Source of the DNA: an uncultured Bacilli bacterium
GTDB taxonomy: Bacteria; Bacillota_I; Bacilli_A; RF39; UBA660
NCBI GenBank assembly: GCA_910578855.1
Contig: CAJTRV010000005.1
Coordinates: forward strand, 788 to 64,787
Direction: 5' to 3'
Length of the DNA stretch: 64,000 bases
The notes below the pieces were generated by a model. It ran no database searches. It saw only the letters and a program-made list of their open reading frames with translations, and was not told the DNA's origin. Both the position numbers and the translations under genes were made by a program. Below, in pieces: positions 8,853 to 19,139 of this stretch (position 1 is its first letter; every line of letters starts with the position of its first letter).

Positions 8853-9575
8853 TCACTTATTTCTAACCGGACGCATATTAGGAAAATAATGTTTTAAATA
8901 TGCGTCGGTATATACTTCATCATATATCTTTCCAATGACAGTATACGGTGGCCTCCCAGCTCTACGCTGTGTCTGTCTGTAAATTGCAGTCCATGAAATT
9001 AACATATCAAAAACAAGAAAGATTACCAACACCTTGGTTATTATCATTCCCAAGTTATATGGAATTTTTTCAATTAAATTGGATAGAAACGGATAAATAA
9101 CAAAGGTCAAAATGCATCCACCCATTCCCCAGACAAGCATAAAAGGAATCGTTGTTCGACCACCAATTTCCAAGAAATATCCGGTATAATCCCACGATGT
9201 TGTTCCAACAAAAAATTCTTGAAGATAACTAACCCCATATTCAATGATACCGCCAAGTAAGGCACCATATAATAAGATTATATACCATGGATGTTGTTTA
9301 CGTGCTAGACAAATTGTCATCGTGACCACGCCAGCGCCATAAAGTGGATTAAACGGGCCATAAATAACACCCCGTCTTGATTCCCAGACAATGCTTCCAT
9401 CAGCCATATAATGATTGAATAATGTTAATAATTGTTCATAATAAACACCAACTACACAACCAATGACAAAAAGAAAGACTAATTTTGGAAAAGACAATCC
9501 TTGAGCAAATGGTTGGGGACTAAAAAGACAATAGACCTTGACCTTATGATACCATGCTTGAATTTGTTCTTTCAT
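8853..9575 (-). CDS. polytopic membrane protein of unknown function, likely co-transcribed with the GT2 gene
   Basis: 240 aa with about 6 hydrophobic helices, 11 bp from the GT2 gene start. Family not recognised. Confidence 0.45.
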   Translation of the reverse strand: MKEQIQAWYHKVKVYCLFSPQPFAQGLSFPKLVFLFVIGCVVGVYYEQLLTLFNHYMADGSIVWESRRGVIYGPFNPLYGAGVVTMTICLARKQHPWYIILLYGALLGGIIEYGVSYLQEFFVGTTSWDYTGYFLEIGGRTTIPFMLVWGMGGCILTFVIYPFLSNLIEKIPYNLGMIITKVLVIFLVFDMLISWTAIYRQTQRRAGRPPYTVIGKIYDEVYTDAYLKHYFPNMRPVRNK

Positions 9576-9739
9576 ACATCACACTCACTTTTACTACAAC
9601 ATATTCCTATCATAGTAATTTAATACAGTTCCTGATCTTTCAAAATAAGCAGATAGGAAATTTTTTTAAATTAAGCCTATTATATCACAATTTGTTCACA
9701 ATACGACAGTAGGTGACAATTTTGTAAGTCAAAAAACTA

Positions 9740-10822
9740 TCACGCGATCGTTTTTGTTTTCTGCTTTCCTTTTTTGCGATTGCTAGAACTTTGTTTAATA
9801 CAAAGTAAATTGTCATAGAGCCCATAATCAAATATCTTTCGGTTCGTTTGAATTAACCATTTTAAAAGTGATGCATGTTCTAAATCGCCAGTTTTCCTTA
9901 AATATTCTTTCGCGATACGTTTCATCTCTTTCCTATTACCATGGAGTTCACTACTTTCAATCAATAAAATTGTCTGTTGCCAAGGTGTTAGCCCTGCCTC
10001 ATTCTCCATGATGATCCTACTAATATCCCCACACATTTCTGGATCCGTAGATGCCTGATAAATTTTATTTTGTAAACAACGCAATGTAGATGAATTTGAA
10101 TTATCTTCTGGTTCAAAGAAACAATGATCTAATGATTTTCCTATATCACGCCTATCAAGTACACGATTAATTTCGGCAACAATTAACGGGTTCTCTTTAT
10201 ATGCCTTACGCATTGCAAGAAGACTTACGAAATCATCACGCTTACCATATAAGACAATTAATCGCTTCTGCATATCAAAATTATGTGGAAATTGGTTTGC
10301 CAAATCTTCTGCTTCCTCAACCATTTGTTGATTCACAAGGCAAATCATCTTTTTACCTATAATTTGTTCACAATTAGGATAACGATTACTAATTTCTAAG
10401 GCCTTACTATACTCCTTTATACTAATATAGAATCCCATTAGTTGAACCTGCAAGGCCACATTATTGGGATAACGACGAGCCATCGACAAAGCCTCTTTCA
10501 CTTTATATAAAGCTGCTTTCTTTCTATTTAAATTTTTTTCTTTTTTACTTAATTGGATACAGATATCAAAGTGAATTGATTGAAGGATTGGACAATAAAG
10601 ATGTTGTTTCGTCAAACAATACGCTTGTTTTAATTTTCCCTTTTCTTTTAAATCGTTAATTTCTACTCTCAGCTTTCCAATTTCGGCTCTATATCGTGAT
10701 AATTTCTCATACACATGATCCTCTTTTAGAATCATTTTCCATACTTTTTTCGTATCTGGTAAATACCCACTACGAATCAATGCTCTTATCTGTCTTTTAG
10801 CCAACTCTCTATTATCATTCAT
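9740..10822 (-). CDS. hypothetical alpha-helical repeat (TPR-like) protein
   Basis: Start moved to ATG 10822 (MNDNRELAKRQIR) with strong RBS TAGGAGGT. Helical/Lys-rich composition, no catalytic motif. Confidence 0.5.
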   Translation of the reverse strand: MNDNRELAKRQIRALIRSGYLPDTKKVWKMILKEDHVYEKLSRYRAEIGKLRVEINDLKEKGKLKQAYCLTKQHLYCPILQSIHFDICIQLSKKEKNLNRKKAALYKVKEALSMARRYPNNVALQVQLMGFYISIKEYSKALEISNRYPNCEQIIGKKMICLVNQQMVEEAEDLANQFPHNFDMQKRLIVLYGKRDDFVSLLAMRKAYKENPLIVAEINRVLDRRDIGKSLDHCFFEPEDNSNSSTLRCLQNKIYQASTDPEMCGDISRIIMENEAGLTPWQQTILLIESSELHGNRKEMKRIAKEYLRKTGDLEHASLLKWLIQTNRKIFDYGLYDNLLCIKQSSSNRKKGKQKTKTIA

Positions 10823-10904
10823 ACAATACCTCCTATAAACAATAACATTTCGCAATTGTGCTTTATCATAACAAACTTTATTAACTTTGTAAAGAAGATG
10901 AAAC

Positions 10905-10927
10905 AAAAAAACTATCACGCGATAGTT
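10905..10927 (-). terminator. rho-independent terminator (AAACTATC-GCGT-GATAGTTTTTTT on minus strand)
   Basis: 8-bp stem, 4-nt loop, and T-run immediately after the stop of the PASTA-domain gene. Confidence 0.55.
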
Positions 10928-11775
10928 TACTCAGTCTCAGGGAATGGGGTTATTCCTGGTGTATTTTCTGGAGTTGGGGTTGCTGTAGGTGTTGACGTTG
11001 GGGTTGGAGAAGTAGGAGTAGGTGTCACATCATGAACGGTTGTCTTCTTTTTTGATACGACTAAAGTAACAACATCATCTTCCCTCAGTTCTTTCCCAGC
11101 TTTTTCACTCTGTTTTAGAACAATCCCACTATTCTCATATTCTTCGTAGGTAATTTCATAGGAAATTCCTAGCTCGTTTAACTTAGTAAGTGCAACATCC
11201 AGTTGCTCACCAACAATGGATGGCATGATTATCTGGTTTTCCCGTACCCCAACGGTTAATATTACTTGCGTTTTGGCTGAAACTTTGCACCCCGCTTTTT
11301 TATCTTGGGCTAAAACGATATCATTCTTTGTTTGATCGCTTGTCAACTGCTCTTTTTTACGTACTTTTAAATCAGCTTGAATTAACTGAAGCGCTGCTTC
11401 TTCATAACCCATTCCTGTAACATCTGGAACGACAATGGTAGCGCTATGATACTTATCATATCCCATATAACCCGCTACCCCAAGTAACGCAATCACGAAA
11501 AGGAACAACAAGCCCATGAGTATTTTTTGAAAAAACGTCATTCCCCTTTTTTCTTCCACATTCTGTGTTTTAGAACGTCGTAATTTTTCTTTGCGAGCCC
11601 GTTTTCGTTTCACCCTCTTTTCTTTTTTAACCTTAGTTTTCTTTTTTGCTTTCATATTTTGGTCATTCCCAACGTGTTCAGCATTGGGATTATCAACATA
11701 GAGATTTGCCCCACACCGTTTACAAAACACGGCATCTTTTTCATTTAATGTTTGACAATTTTTACATTCAATCAT
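10927..11775 (-). CDS. zinc-ribbon / TM / tandem PASTA domain protein with Thr-Pro-rich C-terminal tail
   Basis: N-terminal CKNCQ..CKRCG zinc ribbon, basic stretch, TM helix, two PASTA-like repeats (VPDVTGMGYEEAALQL..; MPSIVGEQLDVALTKL..), tail TPTPTSPTPTSTPTATPTP. Start taken at ATG 11775 (RBS GAAGGA). Confidence 0.7.
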   Translation of the reverse strand: MIECKNCQTLNEKDAVFCKRCGANLYVDNPNAEHVGNDQNMKAKKKTKVKKEKRVKRKRARKEKLRRSKTQNVEEKRGMTFFQKILMGLLFLFVIALLGVAGYMGYDKYHSATIVVPDVTGMGYEEAALQLIQADLKVRKKEQLTSDQTKNDIVLAQDKKAGCKVSAKTQVILTVGVRENQIIMPSIVGEQLDVALTKLNELGISYEITYEEYENSGIVLKQSEKAGKELREDDVVTLVVSKKKTTVHDVTPTPTSPTPTSTPTATPTPENTPGITPFPETE

Positions 11776-11931
11776 ACTATATCCTTCTTTCACTTCAATT
11801 TACATCTATTATAACAAAAACATTCTAATCACGCTAATTTTGTGCTCCAAAAGTTTTTGGTTTACATGTAAAAAGATTATCCATCGATAATCTTAACTAT
11901 TCATGATACACTATCAAGCAAATCATATTTT

Positions 11932-13536
11932 CTAAAGCGATGAAGTTTTCTTTCTTGGATCGTGGCCAAGAGCAATTGCTTCTGCTACACGAATCCCATC
12001 CATTGCCGAAGTTGTAATGCCACCCGCATAACCAGCACCTTCACCACTTGGATAAATACCTTTTATACTGGCACAGAATTGCTGATCCCGATCGATTCGA
12101 ATGGGTGATGATGTTCGGCTCTCAACAGCAGCCAAGACTGTATCACCTGCCCCAAACCCTTTGATACGTCGATCAAAGGCTGTCATTCCTTCCTGAATGG
12201 CATCACAGATTACCGGAGGCAATAGTTCGCGGAGATTGGCAAATTGATAATCCCCCTTCAATTCAGGGATTATTTCACCGAACGCCTGGGAACACTGATT
12301 ACAACAGAAATCACGATATAATTGCACCGGAATTTTGCCCTGCCCGATTTGATAACTTCGAGCTTCTAAGGTCCGCTGAAAGGCAATACCAGCCATGACA
12401 TCGTCACCATAATCAGCTGGGTTTACACTGACAACAATCGCACTATTGGCAATTGGACTATCACGATGGTAATTACTCATCCCATTGATTACTAAGTGTT
12501 CTTTTTCAGAACTTGCATTTACAACCATTCCCCCAGGACACATACAAAAGGAATATACTGCTCGCCCACTCGTTGTCTGATAAGTGAGTTTATAGTTTGC
12601 TGGTGGTAAAGTTGGATGCTTCTGAACGCCATATTGAGACTCGTTAATCATCGCCTGTTTATGCATGACCCGCACTCCTACGGCAAAGGGTTTGGCATGC
12701 ATCGTAATCTGGTGACGGTGAAGCATGGCAAACGTATCACGGGCACTATGCCCAATCGCTAGAACCAAATGATTGGTCGCTATAATCTCTTGGTGATTTA
12801 CCTCGATTGCAGTAAGTTGATCCTCTTTTATGATCAAATCTGTAAGACAGGTGTTATAGCGAAATGTTCCACCCATGGCAATAATCTTCTTACGAAGCTT
12901 CACTACTACATCACGTAAGAGATCCGTTCCGATATGCGGTTTATTGCTGTATAAGATTTCCTTTGGAGCCCCACACGCTACTAGTACTTCAAATACTTTT
13001 CGCATGCGACTGGCTGGATCTTTGGATAACGTGTTGAGTTTCCCATCGGAAAATGTTCCAGCTCCACCCTCTCCAAATTGGACATTTGATTCAGGATTTA
13101 ATATCCCTGTTTCCCAAAACTGTGAAACGGTTTGAACCCGTTTTTCAATTGGTTCTCCCCGTTCAATAACCATAACAGGATATCCGTGTTCAGCTAATAG
13201 ATAAGCACTAAATAGCCCCGCTGGTCCAGCCCCAACAATGATGATGGAGTGTTCAAATGTCTGGTGGGATACAGTCGGAAATTGATAGCGCATGCTTGGG
13301 GTTGGAATGACATCATTTCGGTGTTGCCGCAGGATTTGTTCTTCATGAGCAACGGTGATATCAACTTCATAAATATAAAATAGTTGCGGCTTTTTCCGGG
13401 CATCTAGTGATTGTTTATTCACGGTCAACTGTTTGATCTCCGTTACTGGAATATTTACTTTTCGGGCTGTTTTACGAATCAGTTCTTCCCGAGTATCCCG
13501 GGTGACATCAACGATTACTTGTCTTACTCTAATCAT
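11932..13536 (-). CDS. FAD-dependent dehydrogenase (COG2509-like)
   Basis: Rossmann motif IIIVGAGPAGLFSAYLL..VMVIERGE, 534 aa. Overlaps the upstream flavoprotein gene by 8 nt. Confidence 0.7.
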   Translation of the reverse strand: MIRVRQVIVDVTRDTREELIRKTARKVNIPVTEIKQLTVNKQSLDARKKPQLFYIYEVDITVAHEEQILRQHRNDVIPTPSMRYQFPTVSHQTFEHSIIIVGAGPAGLFSAYLLAEHGYPVMVIERGEPIEKRVQTVSQFWETGILNPESNVQFGEGGAGTFSDGKLNTLSKDPASRMRKVFEVLVACGAPKEILYSNKPHIGTDLLRDVVVKLRKKIIAMGGTFRYNTCLTDLIIKEDQLTAIEVNHQEIIATNHLVLAIGHSARDTFAMLHRHQITMHAKPFAVGVRVMHKQAMINESQYGVQKHPTLPPANYKLTYQTTSGRAVYSFCMCPGGMVVNASSEKEHLVINGMSNYHRDSPIANSAIVVSVNPADYGDDVMAGIAFQRTLEARSYQIGQGKIPVQLYRDFCCNQCSQAFGEIIPELKGDYQFANLRELLPPVICDAIQEGMTAFDRRIKGFGAGDTVLAAVESRTSSPIRIDRDQQFCASIKGIYPSGEGAGYAGGITTSAMDGIRVAEAIALGHDPRKKTSSL

Positions 13537-14755
13537 ACTTCCTCCTTGGCGCTGATCCAGCTAAATAACCTGTTAGAAAGGCAAAGCTCAAATTATAGCC
13601 TCCGCAGTCGCCATTGACATCTAATAATTCCCCGGTAAAATACAAACCAGGTTGTTTTTTAGATTCCATCGTCCGCGGATTAATTTCTGTTAATGGAATT
13701 CCCCCACTACATGTTTGTGCCTGATCAAAAGAATTGGTCCCCGTAATAGTAAACGGAAAGGCAAATAAGAATTGTGCAAGACTTACTCGCTCCTTTTTTG
13801 ATAATGATTGCCACATCCGATCCCGTTTGATATGTGCTTGTTTTAATAACAAATTCAACAGTTGATACGGTAACAAACTATCTAATAATTCCGATACCGT
13901 TCGTTTTACCAGCATCTTTGCTCGCTCATCCATCCAAATGATCCATTCATCAGTACTTACAAATGGCAACTGAGGTAAAAAATTGATTTGGAATTGTTCC
14001 GTATATCCGGCATCTAATCCGCGTGCCACCTGTCCACTTAGTTGAAAGACGCAAATACCACTTACGCCATAGTTTGTCAATTGGAGTTCCCCGGCTTCTT
14101 CACCAACACAAACACCATTTTCAAGTAATTTAAGGGAAACATCTGTACGAATCCCAGCCCATTCTTTGGTAATTGACGTCATTCCCCTTAACTGCACCAA
14201 TGCGGGAAGCGGCTTTATAATCGTATGATGAAAGTCACGAGCAAACTGATACCCGATTCCATCTGATCCAGTTTTCGGACAAGCATAGGAACCAGTGGCA
14301 ATGATCAGGCGATCTGCCGATAATTGGCGTTGATCCGTTTGGATATGAAATTCTGATTGATGCGTAATCGATTTCACTTCTTCGTGAATAATATTTACAT
14401 TCTGAAGTTCTAGCTCTTTTAAAAAGGCCGTTTGCAAGGCCGTTGCTTGGTTCGAATATGGATAATAATATCCATTTTTAATCCGTGGAACAATACCCAA
14501 TTGCGATAAAAACGATAGTACCATTTCCTGATTCTGCTTGGTTAATATCTCTTCTAAGACTTCGGGATTCGTAGAATGATAATGCATAAGTCTTTGATCA
14601 GCATTCCAATAATTACACTTGCCATTGCCTGTAATCCGCAACTTCTTCCCTAGCTGTTTATTTTTTTCAATTAGAGTCACCTGACATTGCTCACGAGCTG
14701 CATAGATTGCTGCAACCATTCCCGAAGCACCACCACCCACAACGACTACTCTCAT
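13529..14755 (-). CDS. NAD(P)/FAD-dependent oxidoreductase, HI0933/BaiN-like flavoprotein
   Basis: VVVVGGGASGMVAAIYAA..VTLIEKN..GKKLRITGNGKCN. Start moved to ATG 14755 (RBS GGGGTGA). Confidence 0.8.
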   Translation of the reverse strand: MRVVVVGGGASGMVAAIYAAREQCQVTLIEKNKQLGKKLRITGNGKCNYWNADQRLMHYHSTNPEVLEEILTKQNQEMVLSFLSQLGIVPRIKNGYYYPYSNQATALQTAFLKELELQNVNIIHEEVKSITHQSEFHIQTDQRQLSADRLIIATGSYACPKTGSDGIGYQFARDFHHTIIKPLPALVQLRGMTSITKEWAGIRTDVSLKLLENGVCVGEEAGELQLTNYGVSGICVFQLSGQVARGLDAGYTEQFQINFLPQLPFVSTDEWIIWMDERAKMLVKRTVSELLDSLLPYQLLNLLLKQAHIKRDRMWQSLSKKERVSLAQFLFAFPFTITGTNSFDQAQTCSGGIPLTEINPRTMESKKQPGLYFTGELLDVNGDCGGYNLSFAFLTGYLAGSAPRRKYD

Positions 14756-14889
14756 AACATCACCCCATACTGCTTTTATTATACCATGGATCATTCGCTT
14801 GAAAACGTTTTTTAAAATAAAAGATAGAATTTTACATTCCATCCATTCCAAAATACGATACTTTCATGCTCAATCCTTAACATAGCCTT

Positions 14890-15720
14890 TTAGATTAATT
14901 CAATATGCTTTTCTACCACATTTACAGTTTTATCGCCAAGCTCCACTTCAAGATATATTCCATCTGGAACCCCATTACCGTTACTATTTTCACTAATGGA
15001 ACCTACAACAAAATAATTTATCCCCTGTTCAAACAATCTTTTCGTCCAATGTTGATGGCCAGAGAAAACACCAATCACACCCTCTTTTTCTATGATTTCT
15101 TTCACTTCATTACGATTAACAAGCAAGGCATTTCTAGGACAATCCGCAAACCACCAATTATCAGTCATATCATCATTTGCGATACCATAATGGTGAAATA
15201 ACAAACAAGTTTTTTTATTGCTTTGCAGATCTTTTTTCAACCATTCCAGATCCGCTTCCGATATATATTGTGTTTTTAATATTCCACCTTCATCATTTCC
15301 CAAATTATTTCTTACATCTAACCCAAGAAAAACCAAATGATAGCCCTTTAAATCTACAGAAAAAGTAGCAGAGCCAGTTTCAGAAATTGCTTCCCACTCT
15401 TTTCGTGAATCCATCGAACGTAGATCGTGATTCCCTGGAACTACATACAATGGTACTTCTATTTCTTGCAGTTTACGAAAAATATACTTTAAATTCTTAA
15501 TATCTCGATCATGGTTATTCGTATCTTCTATAAGATCACCTAGGTAAATACAGGCATCAGGTCTTATCTCATCATTGATTTTACTAGTTAAATGTTCTAA
15601 TAATGGTATCGCTAGATGGGTTAATTTTCTATTATACTGTTCTGAGTGATTTTGATCCAAATAATGTAAATCAGAAAATATAATTAACTTTAAAACATTC
15701 TGTTTGGGCATTAACCACAC
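14890..15720 (-). CDS. metallophosphoesterase (calcineurin-like)
   Basis: Motifs IFSDLHY, GDLIED, GNHD, GHQH. Confidence 0.75.
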   Translation of the reverse strand: MWLMPKQNVLKLIIFSDLHYLDQNHSEQYNRKLTHLAIPLLEHLTSKINDEIRPDACIYLGDLIEDTNNHDRDIKNLKYIFRKLQEIEVPLYVVPGNHDLRSMDSRKEWEAISETGSATFSVDLKGYHLVFLGLDVRNNLGNDEGGILKTQYISEADLEWLKKDLQSNKKTCLLFHHYGIANDDMTDNWWFADCPRNALLVNRNEVKEIIEKEGVIGVFSGHQHWTKRLFEQGINYFVVGSISENSNGNGVPDGIYLEVELGDKTVNVVEKHIELI

Positions 15721-15741
15721 CCCTCTTTCTAATTGGGATGA

Positions 15742-16308
15742 TTAATATCCCATTTTCTTTAATAACAGTTCAGGTTTTCCCGCTTCTACTTCTTTCGAAA
15801 CATTAAGATTAAGGGATTGAATAAAATCACTGATTTTTTGCCGTTCTAATTCAACAACCGAACACTCGCGATTTTTCGATTCTACTTCTAAAAAATTTCC
15901 CAATTGTTGAACAACCTCTAAAGCAATTTTATATTCTTCATATTCAAAAAAATATTTTTTCATATCGACAATCACTAATTCTTTTAGCCCCAACTTTTGA
16001 ATCATTCGTTTCATTACATTCGCATCACCAATCTTTGTTTCATCCTCATCGGAATATAACCACTTACCAGTTTCATCAAAATGATCAACTTTATAGGTTA
16101 AAAAATATTGGTCTTCTTTTTCTCGTACTCTAAAACACTCGGTAATTTCTAAACGATCATTGGGAGTTAGATTCGATCGTAGTGGATCGTAATAATATGT
16201 ATCCTTCACACTCGAGGTCTCTTTATAAGTCGCTTCTTGGTGCAACTTCTTTAAAACATGATCAGTCTCTTCGTCCATTACCCGTACTAATATTTCTATC
16301 TCTTTCAT
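15742..16308 (-). CDS. hypothetical protein (possible CYTH-like domain)
   Basis: 188 aa. N-terminus KEIEILVRV weakly resembles the CYTH ExExK start. No firm assignment. Confidence 0.4.
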   Translation of the reverse strand: MKEIEILVRVMDEETDHVLKKLHQEATYKETSSVKDTYYYDPLRSNLTPNDRLEITECFRVREKEDQYFLTYKVDHFDETGKWLYSDEDETKIGDANVMKRMIQKLGLKELVIVDMKKYFFEYEEYKIALEVVQQLGNFLEVESKNRECSVVELERQKISDFIQSLNLNVSKEVEAGKPELLLKKMGY

Positions 16309-16381
16309 GCCTTCACCATCCTTAATCAGTATCCTAAAAATTTATCATACTATAGCGATAATTAACTTCTATAATTCCCTG

Positions 16382-16807
16382 TTATTTTAAATATTTACAT
16401 AGTTCTTCTGGATATATTTTTAACTCTCCGTTTATAAATTTATCAACATCAATCCATACCGCATCCGTTTCACAATCATCATCACTTATATGATATTTTT
16501 CTTTATAATCCGAATCATCTAGATCAACATTATAAAATAATATTAATTCATGGGCAGTTTTTCCATTATAAGTAAACATATTTTCAAAAAAACCTAAAAA
16601 TTCTCTCACATGAATATCTACATGAATTTCTTCTTTAAATTCTCTTTTTAAAGCATCCGTACTCTTTTCTAGAAAGTTAACACCACCACCTATGCTTCTA
16701 TAAAATGTTTCCTTTTTAATTTTGTCATATCCTTCACCAACTAAAATTTTATTATCTTTTTTTACCATACCAAGCACAACCGGTCTTATATTTTTATATT
16801 TATCCAT
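16382..16807 (-). CDS. NUDIX hydrolase
   Basis: Nudix box GGGVNFLEKSTDALKREFKEEIHV. Confidence 0.8.
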   Translation of the reverse strand: MDKYKNIRPVVLGMVKKDNKILVGEGYDKIKKETFYRSIGGGVNFLEKSTDALKREFKEEIHVDIHVREFLGFFENMFTYNGKTAHELILFYNVDLDDSDYKEKYHISDDDCETDAVWIDVDKFINGELKIYPEELCKYLK

Positions 16808-17312
16808 ATCTAAACTTTTCCTCCCTTAGAACTTACTATTTAGCGATTCATTTTCATTCACTAAAAACATCTTTCAATCATGACTTTGATAACACTCTTA
16901 TTTGGCCACATGTTACCTCCCCATATTCTTAACGCTTTTATTATACTACTTTTTAATAATAAAAATCTTTATTTTAAGATTCCCTTTACAAGAATATAAA
17001 GATATTTTACCACGAATTTACCATAAAACAAATAAAAATAAATGAATGAACTTTGGTATAACAATATAATTAAAGTAAACTTTAATAAGTTAGTTAAGTT
17101 CATTATTATTAATTCTGTATACAAGAAACCAATCAAGTTCAATATGATATCCTCTGCAATCTTTGTATCTTTTATTATCACTTTTGGTAAAAAGAAAAAT
17201 AGGTATTGCTACCTACTAGGGATATGTTTCGCCTTTTCACTTATGACTAGGGCAATATTGATGTTCCTAGTCCTAAATAAATCGATTAAAAAAGTAGCGA
17301 TTTTTTATTTTG

Positions 17313-18209
17313 CTACTTCTTATACACAAGTTGTTTTTCTTCTTCTGATAACCCATGATTTGATAGTGGATAATATTTAAAAATATTTGTTTTAGCTATT
17401 TCTATTTGTTCAAAGGTTAATGGAGTTTCATTTGCTATTTCTGGATTTCTTTGAACAGCAAGATTATGAACAGCATTTCCTAAATTAGATAAAATTTGAG
17501 AAATTTTTTCATAACCACCTGGATTCCATAAATGGCTTCCAATCCAACCCGAAGTATGGTCTCTACAACTATCTTCATTAGCAATTTCACAATAAAAATC
17601 ATCTGTAACTCTCATGTGAATTTTATTTCCATTTTCATCGGTTGCACTAAATTGAGGAACAGCATTACTCCAATGAAACCATAAGTAAGCTTCTTTAAAT
17701 CCGTCTAATTGTAAATCCACTATGTCTGCATTATGACTATTACCAATTAATTCTTCTTTAAAAGTTATTCCAATTGAATTCGTTTTATAGTCGTGGACTG
17801 CTTTAGTTACTTTTAAAAGTATTGCTAAAGCATTATCTTTTAACGGCTCTGCTAATTCATCAAGTTCTCTATCAATAGCAGACCATCTTTTTTGAATTCT
17901 ATCTTCTCGTATTTTTTCTATTTGACTAGCATTTTGTTTATCTTCAAAAGTTTCATATCTTTTTCTTGAAGCTAATAAGTTTTGTCTTTGTACTGCTAAA
18001 TATTGAAAAATTATAGGATTTTCATACGCTAATCTAACAAAAGGTGCATAACCTCTTGCTTCGATATTATTTAAGTGGTCTTCAACTAATTGAATATTTC
18101 TTTCCAAAAAATTAAGAAACTCTAGACTTCCTTCACCATTTGATAACAATCTTTCTAATTCTTCTTTATATGAAATTACATCTTCTTTTGTTTTTTTTAT
18201 TTGATTCAT
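17313..18209 (-). CDS. hypothetical protein (298 aa) in AT-rich island
   Basis: Long ORF in a very AT-rich segment flanked by about 500 bp and 300 bp non-coding AT-rich DNA. No recognised motifs. Confidence 0.5.
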   Translation of the reverse strand: MNQIKKTKEDVISYKEELERLLSNGEGSLEFLNFLERNIQLVEDHLNNIEARGYAPFVRLAYENPIIFQYLAVQRQNLLASRKRYETFEDKQNASQIEKIREDRIQKRWSAIDRELDELAEPLKDNALAILLKVTKAVHDYKTNSIGITFKEELIGNSHNADIVDLQLDGFKEAYLWFHWSNAVPQFSATDENGNKIHMRVTDDFYCEIANEDSCRDHTSGWIGSHLWNPGGYEKISQILSNLGNAVHNLAVQRNPEIANETPLTFEQIEIAKTNIFKYYPLSNHGLSEEEKQLVYKK

Positions 18210-18523
18210 AAAACATTTTTCCCCTTTTTTAAGAATTGCCTAATATTCTAGCACTTTTGTATAAAAATGTCAAATTTTTGACAACCAAAATTTTTGTAAG
18301 TGATTTTTTATAGACTTTCAAGACTTTACAAATACTATTCTTATGATTTTAAATTAATATATATTATTTATAAGATAAGTAAAAGTAAGGTAAATAATCA
18401 CTATATATATTCGTTATACTCATATATATAGTGGGTACAACTTTCGTGTTTTTTTCAAGAGTTCACAAAATCTTTTCCGTTAAATTATAATTTAAATATC
18501 AAAAGTGAAAAAGGAGGTTAATT

Positions 18524-18748
18524 ATGTTCGTTGTTCCAAATAGAGAAGTATTTTTTGACTTATCAGAGTTCATACCAAATTTTGAACTTACAAGCATTAA
18601 GCATAATGAGTTTAATATCATTAATGCAACTGATAAAATGTTAATCATTATATTTCACAATAATTTAAAGTTTGCTATTATTGGTCTTTCCAAAGAAGAA
18701 CAAGATTTTACTTGTTCATTAGTTCATTATAGATTTTTCTTTCTTTAA
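18524..18748 (+). CDS. small hypothetical protein (74 aa)
   Basis: Perfect SD AAAGGAGGT 7 nt before ATG. Confidence 0.45.
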   Translation: MFVVPNREVFFDLSEFIPNFELTSIKHNEFNIINATDKMLIIIFHNNLKFAIIGLSKEEQDFTCSLVHYRFFFL

Positions 18749-18935
18749 TATTGTTCTTTCTAAAATCTAAAACAAATTGATTCCTTAAGTTATTAAGATG
18801 TTCCTCTAAAAGTTGTTTATCTTTTTTCTTAAGCTTTTTACTCTCTCCCATTTGTTTAGTTAAAAGAAGTTCAATAAAAGTGTTGTTCATATCTTCGGTT
18901 ATATTAAACCTTAGATTTGTAAAATCTTTTTTCAT
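18708..18935 (-). CDS. small hypothetical protein (75 aa), convergent with and overlapping 18524..18748 by 41 nt
   Basis: SD AAAAGGAG 9 nt before ATG. Lys/Glu-rich. Located 3' of tRNA-Arg. Confidence 0.35.
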   Translation of the reverse strand: MKKDFTNLRFNITEDMNNTFIELLLTKQMGESKKLKKKDKQLLEEHLNNLRNQFVLDFRKNNIKERKIYNELMNK

Positions 18936-19093
18936 TTCTTTAAGCTCCTTTTCTTTCTAGGTATTTTTACTCGTTTATATTTTGCTCTTTTGATTTAGAT
19001 AGTTGTTTTTTAATGAGTGCCATAAATAGTGCCATAATAGGTATTACTAAAAATTAAGTTGTGATACTTTGTAGCACTTTTTTGGAAATATAA

Positions 19094-19138
19094 AAAATCT
19101 TGCAAACAGCTTTATTTACAAGATTTTTTTAATCATAA
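19094..19138. terminator. bidirectional terminator hairpin (ATCTTGCAAA-cagcttta-TTTACAAGAT flanked by A- and T-runs)
   Basis: 10-bp stem with one mismatch. Immediately 3' of tRNA-Arg on the minus strand. Confidence 0.5.
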
Positions 19139-19139
19139 A

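Noticed and set aside
12875-13617. Short ORFs 12875..13135(+), 13194..13403(-), 13411..13617(+)
   Set aside because: Embedded in or antisense to the two flavoprotein genes, and lack start signals.
14905-15368. Plus-strand ORFs 14905..15201 and 15177..15368
   Set aside because: Antisense to the metallophosphoesterase gene, which has clear catalytic motifs.
16969-17380. ORFs 16969..17181(-) and 17042..17380(+) in the AT-rich spacer
   Set aside because: Extremely low-complexity Ile/Lys/Phe/Tyr-rich translations typical of random AT-rich DNA. No SD. Mutually overlapping.
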